In this document: piece after piece, positions 16,505-25,603 of the stretch
How positions within the stretch are numbered: the first letter of the stretch is position 1
Layout of the letters: the number at the start of each line of letters is the position of its first letter
DNA from: Clostridium sp. CAG:1024
GTDB lineage: Bacteria; Bacillota; Clostridia; Christensenellales; CAG-138
Direction of reading: 5' to 3'
Assembly (NCBI GenBank): GCA_000432015.1
Contig: HF985514.1
Location: 14,044 to 66,818 of the forward strand
DNA: 52,775 nt
The notes under the pieces: generated by a model
The model's database searches: none
What the model was told of the DNA's origin: nothing
The model's input: the letters and a program-made list of their open reading frames with translations, nothing else
Position numbers and translations under genes: made by a program

Positions 16505-16578
16505 TGCGGAATTGTGTAATGGTAGCACCTACGACTCTGACTCGTATTGTCTAGGTTCGAATCCTAGTTCCGCAGCCA
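16505..16578 (+). tRNA. tRNA-Gln (anticodon CTG), CCA encoded
   Basis: Acceptor TGCGGAA/TTCCGCA, anticodon stem TACGA/TCGTA with loop CTCTGAC, T arm CTAGG-TTCGAAT-CCTAG. Confidence 0.9.
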
Positions 16579-16584
16579 AGGAGA

Positions 16585-16609
16585 CCCTCCGAGATTCGGA
16601 GGGTTTTTC
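16585..16609 (+). terminator. Intrinsic terminator after tRNA-Gln
   Basis: CCCTCCG-agatt-CGGAGGG is followed by TTTTTC. Confidence 0.75.
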
Positions 16610-17284
16610 TTATTCATGACGCTTGAGCTGCGACCGGTGAAATGCGATCCGGCTTCGTGCAGCACGAATACACCGATGAGTGCAGGAAAGGCGGGAAGCG
16701 TCTGTGAACGTCCGGCAGAACCAGAGTCCGCACATCAGTTTCACGTCGGGCGCAATACTCTCGAAACTGTTTCCCCCGCATCCGGCCGCGTGTATATCTA
16801 TTCCTAATTTTGAAGAAGAGGGTTGCTTTTGCCTGCTTGGCCTGCGTCGCGACAGAGGCGAAAACCAATAGAGATTCGCCGGCCTGCGCGCGCTTCGGCA
16901 ATCGGGATGCGGCCGGTGTAGTTCACCGACAAGTGACCGCCGTCGTCTGTTCGCGAACGATCGATGTGACGTTTAAAGCTACTGCTGGGGACGGGGAATG
17001 CAAGTGCGTTTTGCAGAAACGCGGAAACACTGTGGCGCGGTTATAGGCTTGAGCCCAGCAGCACGCCATAAGAATCTATCCGGTCTTTCTATTTGCGGAA
17101 GGCGTTCGGACAGGCAAGCAAGAAAAAGACCGCCGGGCGCCGCCGAACGGCAGTACCCAACGGCCCGTAACAATATGCCTTCGGGGACAGTCAATGATGG
17201 ATCTCCGAGGCGGCAAACAAGACTCCTTGGCTATAGAAGTGTTTTGAACAAAACCATAGCACCCGTGATATGCAGCCTAAGCAG

Positions 17285-18472
17285 TTATTTCCCCGCGGTT
17301 GATTCCAGCGGGACCTGCGATGCGGTTCGCTTTTTCTCGATGAGATAGCGGTAGCGTTCAAGCGCATGATCGATCACATCGTTCCAGGGCAGGTAGATGG
17401 TTTCGCGCGCTCGTGCGCCGAGACGCTCCGCGAGCGCGGGATCGTCGAGCACCTTTGCGATGACATCGGCCAAATCTGCGGGATCGTCCGTGCAGAGCAA
17501 ACCGTTTTCGCCGTCCGCGATCGGTTCCGCCGCGGCGCTGCCGCGCACAACGACGCTCGCCGTTCCCATGGCGGCCGCTTCCCGCACGACCATGCCGGAG
17601 GTATCATACAGCGAGGGAAAGACGAACAGCGTCGCGGCCTGATAGAGACCGTTCAGCAGTCGATCCTCCCGCAGGTGGCCGGTGAAGACCGTTCGTTCCG
17701 TAAGCCCCAGGTCATCGACAAGCCGGCGGATCGCTTCCGCGTCGGGCCCATGCCCGGCAAGCACGATCTGAAATTCGGCGCCGCGTTCCTTTAGCTGATA
17801 CATAGCTTCGAGAATGTGCCGAATATTCTTTTTCCAGTTCATCTGCCCGCAATACATGAAGATGGGCTTGTCGCCGAGCCCAAATTTGGCTTTTGCCATG
17901 GCCATGTTCTCGTTCGAGGGCTGCACATCCGGCGTCCCATTCGGCATGACCACAATGTCGCCCTTGTAGCCGTAATCGCGCAGCGTGTCCGCGGAACTGT
18001 AGCTGACCGTCCACACCTCGTCGCAGCGTTCATAAAAACCGACGACATACCGCACGCCGATATCCGCGAGCATTTCCTGCCGGGTGAGCTTGTAAAAATC
18101 ATCATAGTATTTGGAATGAAACGTACCGACGACGGGAATGCCGCGCCGTTTTCCGATGCGCAGCGCTTCCTGGCCCGCGATAAACGGACTGTGCGCATGG
18201 ATAATATCAAGCGGTACCTTTTGGATGCGAAGGTTGTAATGCGGATCCAGAAGGGGGATGCCCGTCTGATACTGGCGTTGGGTCGGCACATTGTGGCTTA
18301 CGAATTCGATCAGCTCGAACGGGAAGCCGCCGAGATACCCGGTATCCGTCATGGGCGCGACAACATAACACTCGTGGCCTTTTTGTGCGATCGTCGTTGC
18401 ATAATTGTATACCACGCGGCCAACGCCGTCTACGATGGGGAAAAATGTGTCGGAAAACTGTCCAATCCGCAT
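17285..18472 (-). CDS. GT4-family glycosyltransferase (glycolipid/diacylglycerol glucosyltransferase-like)
   Basis: MRIGQFSDTFFPIVDGVGRVV at the N-terminus, and a C-terminal FVFPSLYDTSGMVVREAAAMG (EX7E-type motif). A GAAGGAGG RBS is present. Confidence 0.8.
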   Translation of the reverse strand: MRIGQFSDTFFPIVDGVGRVVYNYATTIAQKGHECYVVAPMTDTGYLGGFPFELIEFVSHNVPTQRQYQTGIPLLDPHYNLRIQKVPLDIIHAHSPFIAGQEALRIGKRRGIPVVGTFHSKYYDDFYKLTRQEMLADIGVRYVVGFYERCDEVWTVSYSSADTLRDYGYKGDIVVMPNGTPDVQPSNENMAMAKAKFGLGDKPIFMYCGQMNWKKNIRHILEAMYQLKERGAEFQIVLAGHGPDAEAIRRLVDDLGLTERTVFTGHLREDRLLNGLYQAATLFVFPSLYDTSGMVVREAAAMGTASVVVRGSAAAEPIADGENGLLCTDDPADLADVIAKVLDDPALAERLGARARETIYLPWNDVIDHALERYRYLIEKKRTASQVPLESTAGK

Positions 18473-18729
18473 GGAATAGTACCTCCTTCAGTCGAGCGGC
18501 GGCTGCGTGCTTTTCGCTGCCCGGGTATGGACGATTATACCATACCTTGCCCGTTTCGCTGTTTAAGATTTCGTTAAAGAGACAAAAAAAGCCGTTCGGC
18601 CGCTACCGGATCTTTGCCGATCATTGTTTTTATTATACTATGAAGGCGTGCAGCAGGCAAGCGCGCCGCTTTTCCGCATGGAGAAAACCTGTTATACTAT
18701 AGCATTAGAAAATCAAGCGGAGGAATACA

Positions 18730-20187
18730 ATGCTCTGGATCGGAGAAAAACTGAACGGCGCAGTGCCGTCGATCGCCGCCGCCATTGCCGAGGGGGACGG
18801 GAAAATGATCGAGAGGATCGCGCGGGCACAAGCGGAGGCGGGCGCGGACTTTCTTGACGTTTCGGCGGCAACAACTGGCGGTTCGGCGGCAACAACGGCG
18901 GAGGAACTGCAAGCACTGCGGTTTCTGATCGAGAATGCCGAAAAGGGCGCTGCATTGCCGCTTTGCATCGACAGCCCGGATCCCATGGCCGTGGTGCAGG
19001 CAATGGCGTTTTGTTCGCGGCCCGGTCTTTTGAACTCCGTTTCGATGGAGGGAAGGAAAGCCGATATTATTTTTCCGGCCATGCAAGGCAATGCGTGGCG
19101 GGCGGTCGCGCTGCTGTCCGATGACAGGGGAACACCGGACAGCGTGGAGGAGCGGATGGCCGTGCTGGAACGGCTTCTCGAATGTGCCGGACAGTACGGC
19201 ATCGAGGAGGAGCGGCTATATGTCGATCCGCTCGTAGAGGCGCTGCCGGTCAGTCCCAATGCCTTTTTGAAGTTCGCCGCCTGCGCGCGTGCCGTGAAAG
19301 CGGCACATCCGCGTCTGCATGTATTGGGCGGCATGTCAAACATTTCCTACGGTTTGCCGGAGCGTCGGCGGCTGTATGGCGCTTTTCTGAAATTGGCCGC
19401 GGAAGCGGGCGTGGATGCGATCATCAGCGATCCGCGGTCGAAGAACGATCCGGTAGACCCCGTTGCCGAAGCGGCGCTGCTTGGACGCGATCCCGGCTGC
19501 CGCGCGTATATCGCGGCCTGCACACACCGTGATGCGGAAATATGCGAGCAGACGCCTGCCGGATTGCTCATGAGCGCAGTCGAACAGGGGAATGCAGAAC
19601 GGGGCGGCCGGCTTGCCGAAGAAGCGCTGCGAGCGGGCGCCGCGCCGCTGGCTCTGCTTGACGGCATGACGGAAACCATGGCGGAGCTCGGAAGGAGATT
19701 CGCTGCCGGAACGGTGTATATTCCGGAGTTGATCATGGCCGCAAAGACGATGCAGGCGGCAACCGAGGTTCTGAAACCGCTGCTCGGAGAAAACACGGCG
19801 AGGCTTGGAACCGTGGTGATCGGAACGGTCATGGGCGATGTGCATGACATCGGGAAAAACCTCGTTGCGATGATGCTTGAAGGCGCGGGATTTACCGTGA
19901 TCGATCTCGGGACGGATGTGTATACGGAGGATTTCATCGAGGCCGTCGAACAGCATCCGGAAACGAAGATCATTGCGCTCTCTGCGCTGTTGACAACGAC
20001 CATGCCGGCAATGCGAGACACGGTGCGGGCACTGCGGCAGGAGCCGTGCTGCCGCGGGATCCGTATCATGGTCGGCGGTGCGCCTGTGACGGAGACTTTC
20101 GCACAGCAGATCGGAGCGGATGCGTACACGCAGAACGCAGCCATGGCTGCGGAGCGCGCGCGGGAATTGATCGCGCAGGGAGGATAA
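18730..20187 (+). CDS. Fusion protein: pterin-binding (methyl-THF:corrinoid methyltransferase, MeTr/MetH-like) domain plus B12-binding cap and Rossmann domains
   Basis: The N-terminal roughly 260 aa (IGEKLNG...FLDVS...CIDSPD...NSVS...GMSNISYGLP) form a pterin-binding barrel. The C-terminal part has the GDVHDIGKNLV...SALLTTT...GGAP signature (DxHxxG...SxL...GG). A GCGGAGGAA RBS is present. Confidence 0.75.
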   Translation: MLWIGEKLNGAVPSIAAAIAEGDGKMIERIARAQAEAGADFLDVSAATTGGSAATTAEELQALRFLIENAEKGAALPLCIDSPDPMAVVQAMAFCSRPGLLNSVSMEGRKADIIFPAMQGNAWRAVALLSDDRGTPDSVEERMAVLERLLECAGQYGIEEERLYVDPLVEALPVSPNAFLKFAACARAVKAAHPRLHVLGGMSNISYGLPERRRLYGAFLKLAAEAGVDAIISDPRSKNDPVDPVAEAALLGRDPGCRAYIAACTHRDAEICEQTPAGLLMSAVEQGNAERGGRLAEEALRAGAAPLALLDGMTETMAELGRRFAAGTVYIPELIMAAKTMQAATEVLKPLLGENTARLGTVVIGTVMGDVHDIGKNLVAMMLEGAGFTVIDLGTDVYTEDFIEAVEQHPETKIIALSALLTTTMPAMRDTVRALRQEPCCRGIRIMVGGAPVTETFAQQIGADAYTQNAAMAAERARELIAQGG

Positions 20188-20315
20188 AGGGGGAAACCAA
20201 ATAAGGCGGCGCGGATGGGGGATCGCCCCTGAAGCGGCCGCTTTTTCACGAAAATTCAGCAGGATGCAATGGGTCGATCCGCAAATACGTTTATATGGTG
20301 AAAGGAGGAGGAGAC

Positions 20316-20816
20316 ATGGAAGCATCGATCGATAGACGCAACGACGCTGTAACGCGCGTTGTAGAGACATATTCGGATGATCTGCTTCGTCTTGCGCTGC
20401 ACCATACGGCGGAACTTGCGACAGCGGAGGACATCGTACAAACGGCATTTGTGCGCTACATGACGGTTAAGACGCCGTTTCGAAATGCCATGCATGAGCG
20501 CGCATGGCTGATCCGCACGACGATCAATCTCTGCCATGACTATCACCGCTCAGCGTGGAATCGGAAACGCACGGACTTTGACGATCAGCTGATCGCGGAC
20601 GAGGGACAGCCTGAGGAGGCGTTGGTTGACGGGACGGTACTGGAGGCGGTGCGCGAATTACCGGAGAAAGAGCGCAATGCAATCTATCTGTACTATTATC
20701 TCGGACTTTCCGTCAAAGAGATCGGCAGGATCACGGAGGAGAAAGAGGGGACGGTCACGAGCCGTCTCTACCGTGCGCGGGAGCACCTGAAATTCATGCT
20801 GAAAGGAGCCGTGTGA
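20316..20816 (+). CDS. ECF-type RNA polymerase sigma factor (sigma-70 regions 2 and 4)
   Basis: AEDIVQTAFVRY (region 2) and ERNAIYLYYYLGLSVKEIGRITEEKEGTVTSRLYRAREHL (region 4 HTH). An AGGAGGAGGAG RBS precedes the ATG at 20316. Confidence 0.85.
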   Translation: MEASIDRRNDAVTRVVETYSDDLLRLALHHTAELATAEDIVQTAFVRYMTVKTPFRNAMHERAWLIRTTINLCHDYHRSAWNRKRTDFDDQLIADEGQPEEALVDGTVLEAVRELPEKERNAIYLYYYLGLSVKEIGRITEEKEGTVTSRLYRAREHLKFMLKGAV

Positions 20817-20818
20817 CC

Positions 20819-22678
20819 ATGACGAAAGAATATCGAAATCAATATCTGGATGAGTTGAACGGGATCGAGGCGACCGATGCGTTCAAACAGCGCGCCGCAG
20901 CCGCGATGCGCGCCGCAGCGGAGCAAGGTACGGGCGAAACTTCCCCAAAAGACCGCGTGCTCACGTTTCCGATGCGCAGAAAGCGCAGGATGACGCTGGC
21001 GGCGATCCTCGCAGCCGCACTGCTGCTTTGTGCGGGGACGGCGTTTGCCATCTTCCAAAGCACGGCGGATCGTGTGCAGGAACAGATCGATGAGAAATCC
21101 GCCGTTGGAACCGACGAGTTGACGCGGCAGGCAGAAGCATATGCGGATTCTATTCTCGCTGACATGGATCCGGTATATCTGGCGGAGGGCAGCGCGGCAT
21201 TTGGCGATACCACGATTCGCGTGACAAAGATCCGCGACTATGGCGACGATGGATTTGGCGTTGCCTTTGAGATCACATCCAAGTCTAAAGGCGTCGTGTA
21301 TTTCATGCAATGGCCGCAGGCACAGGATGCAGAGATCATCGCCTCGCACGAACAGATCGTTGACATGGGACAGGATGCGCATTCGTTCCGGCTCAAAACG
21401 GATGAGGGCGAGTATGCGCCGTATACAAAGGCAGAGGAGGGGGATCCGGCTGCATGGATCAATGAACAGGGCGAGTACATCATTCGATTCTATGATCCCG
21501 ACGGCACGGGCGGAAAGATTCCGGCGCTTTCTGCAGGCAAGCAGTGGTCGCTTACGGGAACGCTGAACGGCCGTGACAAAAACGGCAAAGTGGTTGAGAA
21601 GATCGGCGATTTTACCATCCCGTTTACGGTGCAGGAGGATACCGCATATCGTGCGCAACTGCGGCAGGCATACATTGGGCGCTATCAGAGCGACTATCAG
21701 GGCCATATCGATCTGCAGCAGGGAAAGGTGGACGCGCTGCCGCAGGGTGAAGCGGTCGCGGTCGGCGCAAGCGACGGCAAGCTCAGCGTCAACGACGTGA
21801 CGCGCACGGAGGACAGTCTGCTGTTCGGCGTTACAGCGCCTGACAACGGCGTGATACGCTACTATGAGGACGGATACGCGGTGGCGCGGCAGATCATGGT
21901 CTCCGCAAACGATGCAGGGGTATTCAACGAGATCGATAAAGTCCGAACCTATACCAAGCTCGAAAACCTGCCGGAAGAATCTCTGATCGGCGCGGAATTT
22001 ACGACGGACATTTACGGCGAAGAAGATACATGCGAACACCTCGTCGTGTTCTACTACAATTGGAAGAATGGGAATGCGCGTCTGCCTGCGGATGCAACGG
22101 AAAAAACGAAATGGATCTCGCTGCATGAAAGCCAGAAGAAGGACGGCCGCAATCAGACCCGCCTCTACCATGACATCAAAACCTTTGACCTGAACGAGGC
22201 GGACGTTGTCGAGACGATCGACGGAACACGCCTTGCGCTCGGCGCGGTGGGACTGCTGGAGAACGGCAGGATGCTGGTTGAGCTGCGCGTGGATGGTATT
22301 CGCTGTGAGTTGATGCTGGATGAGAGCACGCCGATCGTGCGCGTCAACGGCGAGCAGGTCGAGGTTCATAACCATCCGGAAACACCGGTCGATCTTGCGG
22401 AATGGAAGAACGTGTACTGGGAGTGGCTCGATAAAAAGGAACGCATCGGCGGTACGTCCTTCACGATCGATTTACCGGATCGAATCGGGAAGATGCCGGA
22501 GAAGTTCGACCTTGAGATCGAATGGACGCTCGGGGACATTACCCAGGAATGTGAACGAACCACGATCGGTACTTATAAGCTGAAATTCCAGATCGAAAGG
22601 GATCGGTATACGACCACGCTGCCGGAGCGCGTGTTGGGTGAAGCTTGGTTGCTGCGCGACTGGGATCGGAGTAACTGA
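20819..22678 (+). CDS. Membrane-anchored putative anti-sigma factor with a large extracytoplasmic domain (DUF4179-like)
   Basis: It starts 3 nt after the sigma-factor stop. It has a short cytoplasmic N-terminus, one TM segment (LTLAAILAAALLLCAGTAFAIF) and a roughly 540-aa external region with no motif I recognise. Confidence 0.6.
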   Translation: MTKEYRNQYLDELNGIEATDAFKQRAAAAMRAAAEQGTGETSPKDRVLTFPMRRKRRMTLAAILAAALLLCAGTAFAIFQSTADRVQEQIDEKSAVGTDELTRQAEAYADSILADMDPVYLAEGSAAFGDTTIRVTKIRDYGDDGFGVAFEITSKSKGVVYFMQWPQAQDAEIIASHEQIVDMGQDAHSFRLKTDEGEYAPYTKAEEGDPAAWINEQGEYIIRFYDPDGTGGKIPALSAGKQWSLTGTLNGRDKNGKVVEKIGDFTIPFTVQEDTAYRAQLRQAYIGRYQSDYQGHIDLQQGKVDALPQGEAVAVGASDGKLSVNDVTRTEDSLLFGVTAPDNGVIRYYEDGYAVARQIMVSANDAGVFNEIDKVRTYTKLENLPEESLIGAEFTTDIYGEEDTCEHLVVFYYNWKNGNARLPADATEKTKWISLHESQKKDGRNQTRLYHDIKTFDLNEADVVETIDGTRLALGAVGLLENGRMLVELRVDGIRCELMLDESTPIVRVNGEQVEVHNHPETPVDLAEWKNVYWEWLDKKERIGGTSFTIDLPDRIGKMPEKFDLEIEWTLGDITQECERTTIGTYKLKFQIERDRYTTTLPERVLGEAWLLRDWDRSN

Positions 22679-22803
22679 GACGAGTCGAAACCATAGCAGG
22701 GGAGACGATCCCCGAAGGAAACGTACTTCTGCTGTATCAGCAGCAAAAGGCGTGCGGGAGCAGTATTTCATTGCGCGTAGCTGATTCTCCCGTATGCGTT
22801 GAA

Positions 22804-22842
22804 AAGCCGGGCCGTTCAAAAGCGAACGGTTCGGCTTTCTTT
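22804..22842. terminator. Bidirectional terminator between the anti-sigma gene and the EamA gene
   Basis: AAGCCGGGCCGTTC/GAACGGTTCGGCTT form a 14-bp stem with a 2-nt mismatch, flanked by GAAAA and TCTTT. Confidence 0.6.
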
Positions 22843-22934
22843 GCAGTCCTGAATAACGCAGACAAAAGCGCGTCAGGTCATGAAAGGTATTGCACGCAGG
22901 GCAAGCGCAGGACACGCTGCGCTCCGCCGCCGCA

Positions 22935-23795
22935 TCACGGCTTGTGCGTTTGGTGATCGCTGAGACTGACGCACAGAATGGCGCAAATGGAGAAAGCGCA
23001 GCCGAGAAATGCAACCGGCGAGAGCGTTTCACGATAGAGAAGGGCGCTGAAGACCAAACTGCTGATCGGCTCAAGCAGACTGCAAAACGAAGCAGTGGAC
23101 GCGCCGATACGCTTTACACCGGTTGCAAAGCTGAAGCTCGCGCCGCAGGTCATGCCGCCGCAGAGAACCATGGCGAGCAGGCTCCGCAGCGTCCATGCAC
23201 CGAATGCCATAGTGATGAGAAGCAACAGAAGGCAAACGGAACATGCGCCTAAGGAGATGTAGAACATGCGAACGGGCAGGGCAATTGAGACGTCGCCGCG
23301 GTCGAGTACGATGACATAGAATGCGAACGTCAGCGCCGAGCCCAGTGCGATCGGGATGCCAAGAAACGAACCACCGGTCATATTTCCGCTGATGCAAATG
23401 AGACCAATGAAAGACAACAGGATCGCAAAGCCCTTAAGCCAGGTGATCTTGTATTTGAAAAGCAGCGCCATTGCGATGCAGACGATCGAGGGATATGTAA
23501 AATGAACGACCGAAGCGCAGCCAACAGGTATGTACCGGCAAGCCGTCGTCAGTAGAATGCCGGTCAGCCCGTTGGCAACGCCGGCAGCAATAGGCTGGAG
23601 CGCCCGGCGTACAGGCATACGAATCGGCGCTCTGCTGATCAGACAGAAAAACAGACAACATAAAAAGAATACCAGCGTATTTACGAGAATAATGCTGATG
23701 GGCGTAGCCCCGCATCTCAGTGCGTAGGCACGAAGACTCGGCTCTGCTCCATATAGGAGAGAGGATAAGACCACAAGGCATAAACCGACCCACAT
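22935..23795 (-). CDS. EamA/DMT-superfamily transporter
   Basis: It has ten hydrophobic segments in a 5+5 arrangement and is 287 aa from the ATG at 23795, which follows a GGAGGCGG RBS. Confidence 0.7.
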   Translation of the reverse strand: MWVGLCLVVLSSLLYGAEPSLRAYALRCGATPISIILVNTLVFFLCCLFFCLISRAPIRMPVRRALQPIAAGVANGLTGILLTTACRYIPVGCASVVHFTYPSIVCIAMALLFKYKITWLKGFAILLSFIGLICISGNMTGGSFLGIPIALGSALTFAFYVIVLDRGDVSIALPVRMFYISLGACSVCLLLLLITMAFGAWTLRSLLAMVLCGGMTCGASFSFATGVKRIGASTASFCSLLEPISSLVFSALLYRETLSPVAFLGCAFSICAILCVSLSDHQTHKP

Positions 23796-23973
23796 ACGAC
23801 CGCCTCCGCTCCGTATCAAACAAAATGACCGCATAGACGAATGTCGCCGTTTGCGACCCAAAGCCCGAAAAGCGGGGAAGATGCCAGAGCAAGAGCATGA
23901 TAAAACGCCGATACAGAGGAGTCAAGCGTTTTGAAGAAAACAGCAGATTGTCTGCACGGAGCGCAAAACACTG

Positions 23974-24002
23974 AAAAAAGGCCGAAAAGACGGCCTTTTT
24001 TT
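23974..24002. terminator. Bidirectional terminator downstream of the PucR-family gene
   Basis: AAAAA-AGGCCG-aaaaga-CGGCCT-TTTTTTT. Confidence 0.7.
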
Positions 24003-24072
24003 ATTTTAATTGTGAGCAAAGGACAAGCGGGAATGGCATTTTTGTCCGCATTGGACAAGGGAACGGCAGAAG

Positions 24073-25302
24073 TTATGAACGCTGCGGTTCCAGCAGTCCC
24101 GTCAGGTGACCGGCTTTCATACCCAAGCTGATACGGAGTTGATCTTCAAGATGTGACGGATCGATGTTCATGAGCGCACGAATGCGATTGAGCCGATATT
24201 TCAGCGTATTTTCGTGAATGTAGAGCGCTTTTGCTGTCTGCGTAAGACTTGCATCATTTTCGATATAGGAAAACAGCGTTCCAAGCAGAACCGTATTGTT
24301 GCTTTTATCATATTCAATGAGCGGTGCAAACAGATGCATATAGTATTCGCGCAGAATCGCTTCATCCCGAACAGCCAATAGGAGTGTGTACACGCCAATG
24401 TCATCATAGGTCGCGATCATATGTTCGTCTGTATAGCGAAAAATATTCAAGATCCGCTGTGCACTTTGATAGCTTTCGGGGATCTCACAAAGCGAATGAC
24501 AGACGCGTCCGATCCCAATGCGGCAGGAAAAGGCGGGATAGCGGCGCTGCATATTGCTGATAACGCCGGAAAGCAGGGACAAGGGAGATTCGCTGAGGTC
24601 ATTTTGGTGCAGGATTGCGATGACGCTGTCACCAATGATTTTTTGCAGAACGGGTATGTTTTTGCTGTAGCATGCAGATTGCAGCTGCTCCGAAAACGCT
24701 GTGCGCTGTTCTGACTGCTTTACGGCAGCAGTGTGATCGCGGCGCATGACGCGGCAGAGCGCGACCACATAGCCGGGAGAACGGTCAAACCCTGTTTGCT
24801 CAAGGAGAAGCTGGGCATTTCCGGAGAGGGGGAATTCGCCAAACAAAAGCTCATTGGCGAGCAAGTCATTGGATTCATCGCGTATGGCCTGCTCGACGAT
24901 CGCCGTGCAGATGGTTTTTGTGAATTCGACGAACCGTGTTTCCCAAGGGACAGTCATGAGCGGCAAACTCAGACGGTCTGCCTCGCGGATCGCCTCTTCC
25001 GGTAACTGCGGGATATACTTTCCAAGATTGATCACAACGCCAGCAACGCGCTTCTTTGCACAGCGTTTGATGTATTCAATGATGATCGTGTCCAGATCAC
25101 CGTCGCCGGCAATGCTGCTGCCCGACAATACGACCAGTTCATGTCCCATGATCCAGTTGAGCGTGGTAAGCGGACTGTCCATAGAGTCGGCGCAGTAGAC
25201 CCAGCGGATGGTGTTGTCCAGATGCGAATGCCCCGCGATCACATCGACACGTGTTTTTGAATCGGCGAATAAAGCGGGGATATCGGCGCAGCGAAAATTC
25301 AT
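24073..25302 (-). CDS. PucR-family transcriptional regulator
   Basis: It has the C-terminal PucR HTH (LTQTAKALYIHENTLKYRLNRIRALMNIDP) and an N-terminal purine-catabolism-regulator-like domain. An AAAGGAG RBS is present. Confidence 0.85.
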   Translation of the reverse strand: MNFRCADIPALFADSKTRVDVIAGHSHLDNTIRWVYCADSMDSPLTTLNWIMGHELVVLSGSSIAGDGDLDTIIIEYIKRCAKKRVAGVVINLGKYIPQLPEEAIREADRLSLPLMTVPWETRFVEFTKTICTAIVEQAIRDESNDLLANELLFGEFPLSGNAQLLLEQTGFDRSPGYVVALCRVMRRDHTAAVKQSEQRTAFSEQLQSACYSKNIPVLQKIIGDSVIAILHQNDLSESPLSLLSGVISNMQRRYPAFSCRIGIGRVCHSLCEIPESYQSAQRILNIFRYTDEHMIATYDDIGVYTLLLAVRDEAILREYYMHLFAPLIEYDKSNNTVLLGTLFSYIENDASLTQTAKALYIHENTLKYRLNRIRALMNIDPSHLEDQLRISLGMKAGHLTGLLEPQRS

Positions 25303-25603
25303 AACAGCTCCTTTAATTCATAAAACAGGGCAGACGTTTGTCCGGAACCCATGAATATCTTTGGCGGCTTTGCACATGGAAATAGGGCCGAAATGATGCG
25401 ACAATAAGACATCAACTGTATGCAGCCGTGCAGAAATCAAGCATTCTGCCATCATGTCTTGGGTTGCTCAGAAATCGTGTACCTAGTGCCAGAGAAATAA
25501 TGCAGCGGGTTTTATGCCCGGGGAATCGTACAGATTGCATTCACATGATAAAACATAATGCAAAAGAATGCAAGAAGATGCAACATGAACAGCATGGGAG
25601 GAA

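Noticed and set aside
16614-16901. A 95-aa minus-strand ORF and the neighbouring 63-116-aa ORFs, considered as genes.
   Set aside because: They have no RBS, overlap each other and have implausible composition. They are reported only as a possible decayed region.
18473-18729. A cobalamin riboswitch was expected upstream of the B12-binding methyltransferase.
   Set aside because: I find no B12-box (GCCACTG-like) or the conserved AGGGAA/GGUG core. The region looks like ordinary divergent promoter DNA.
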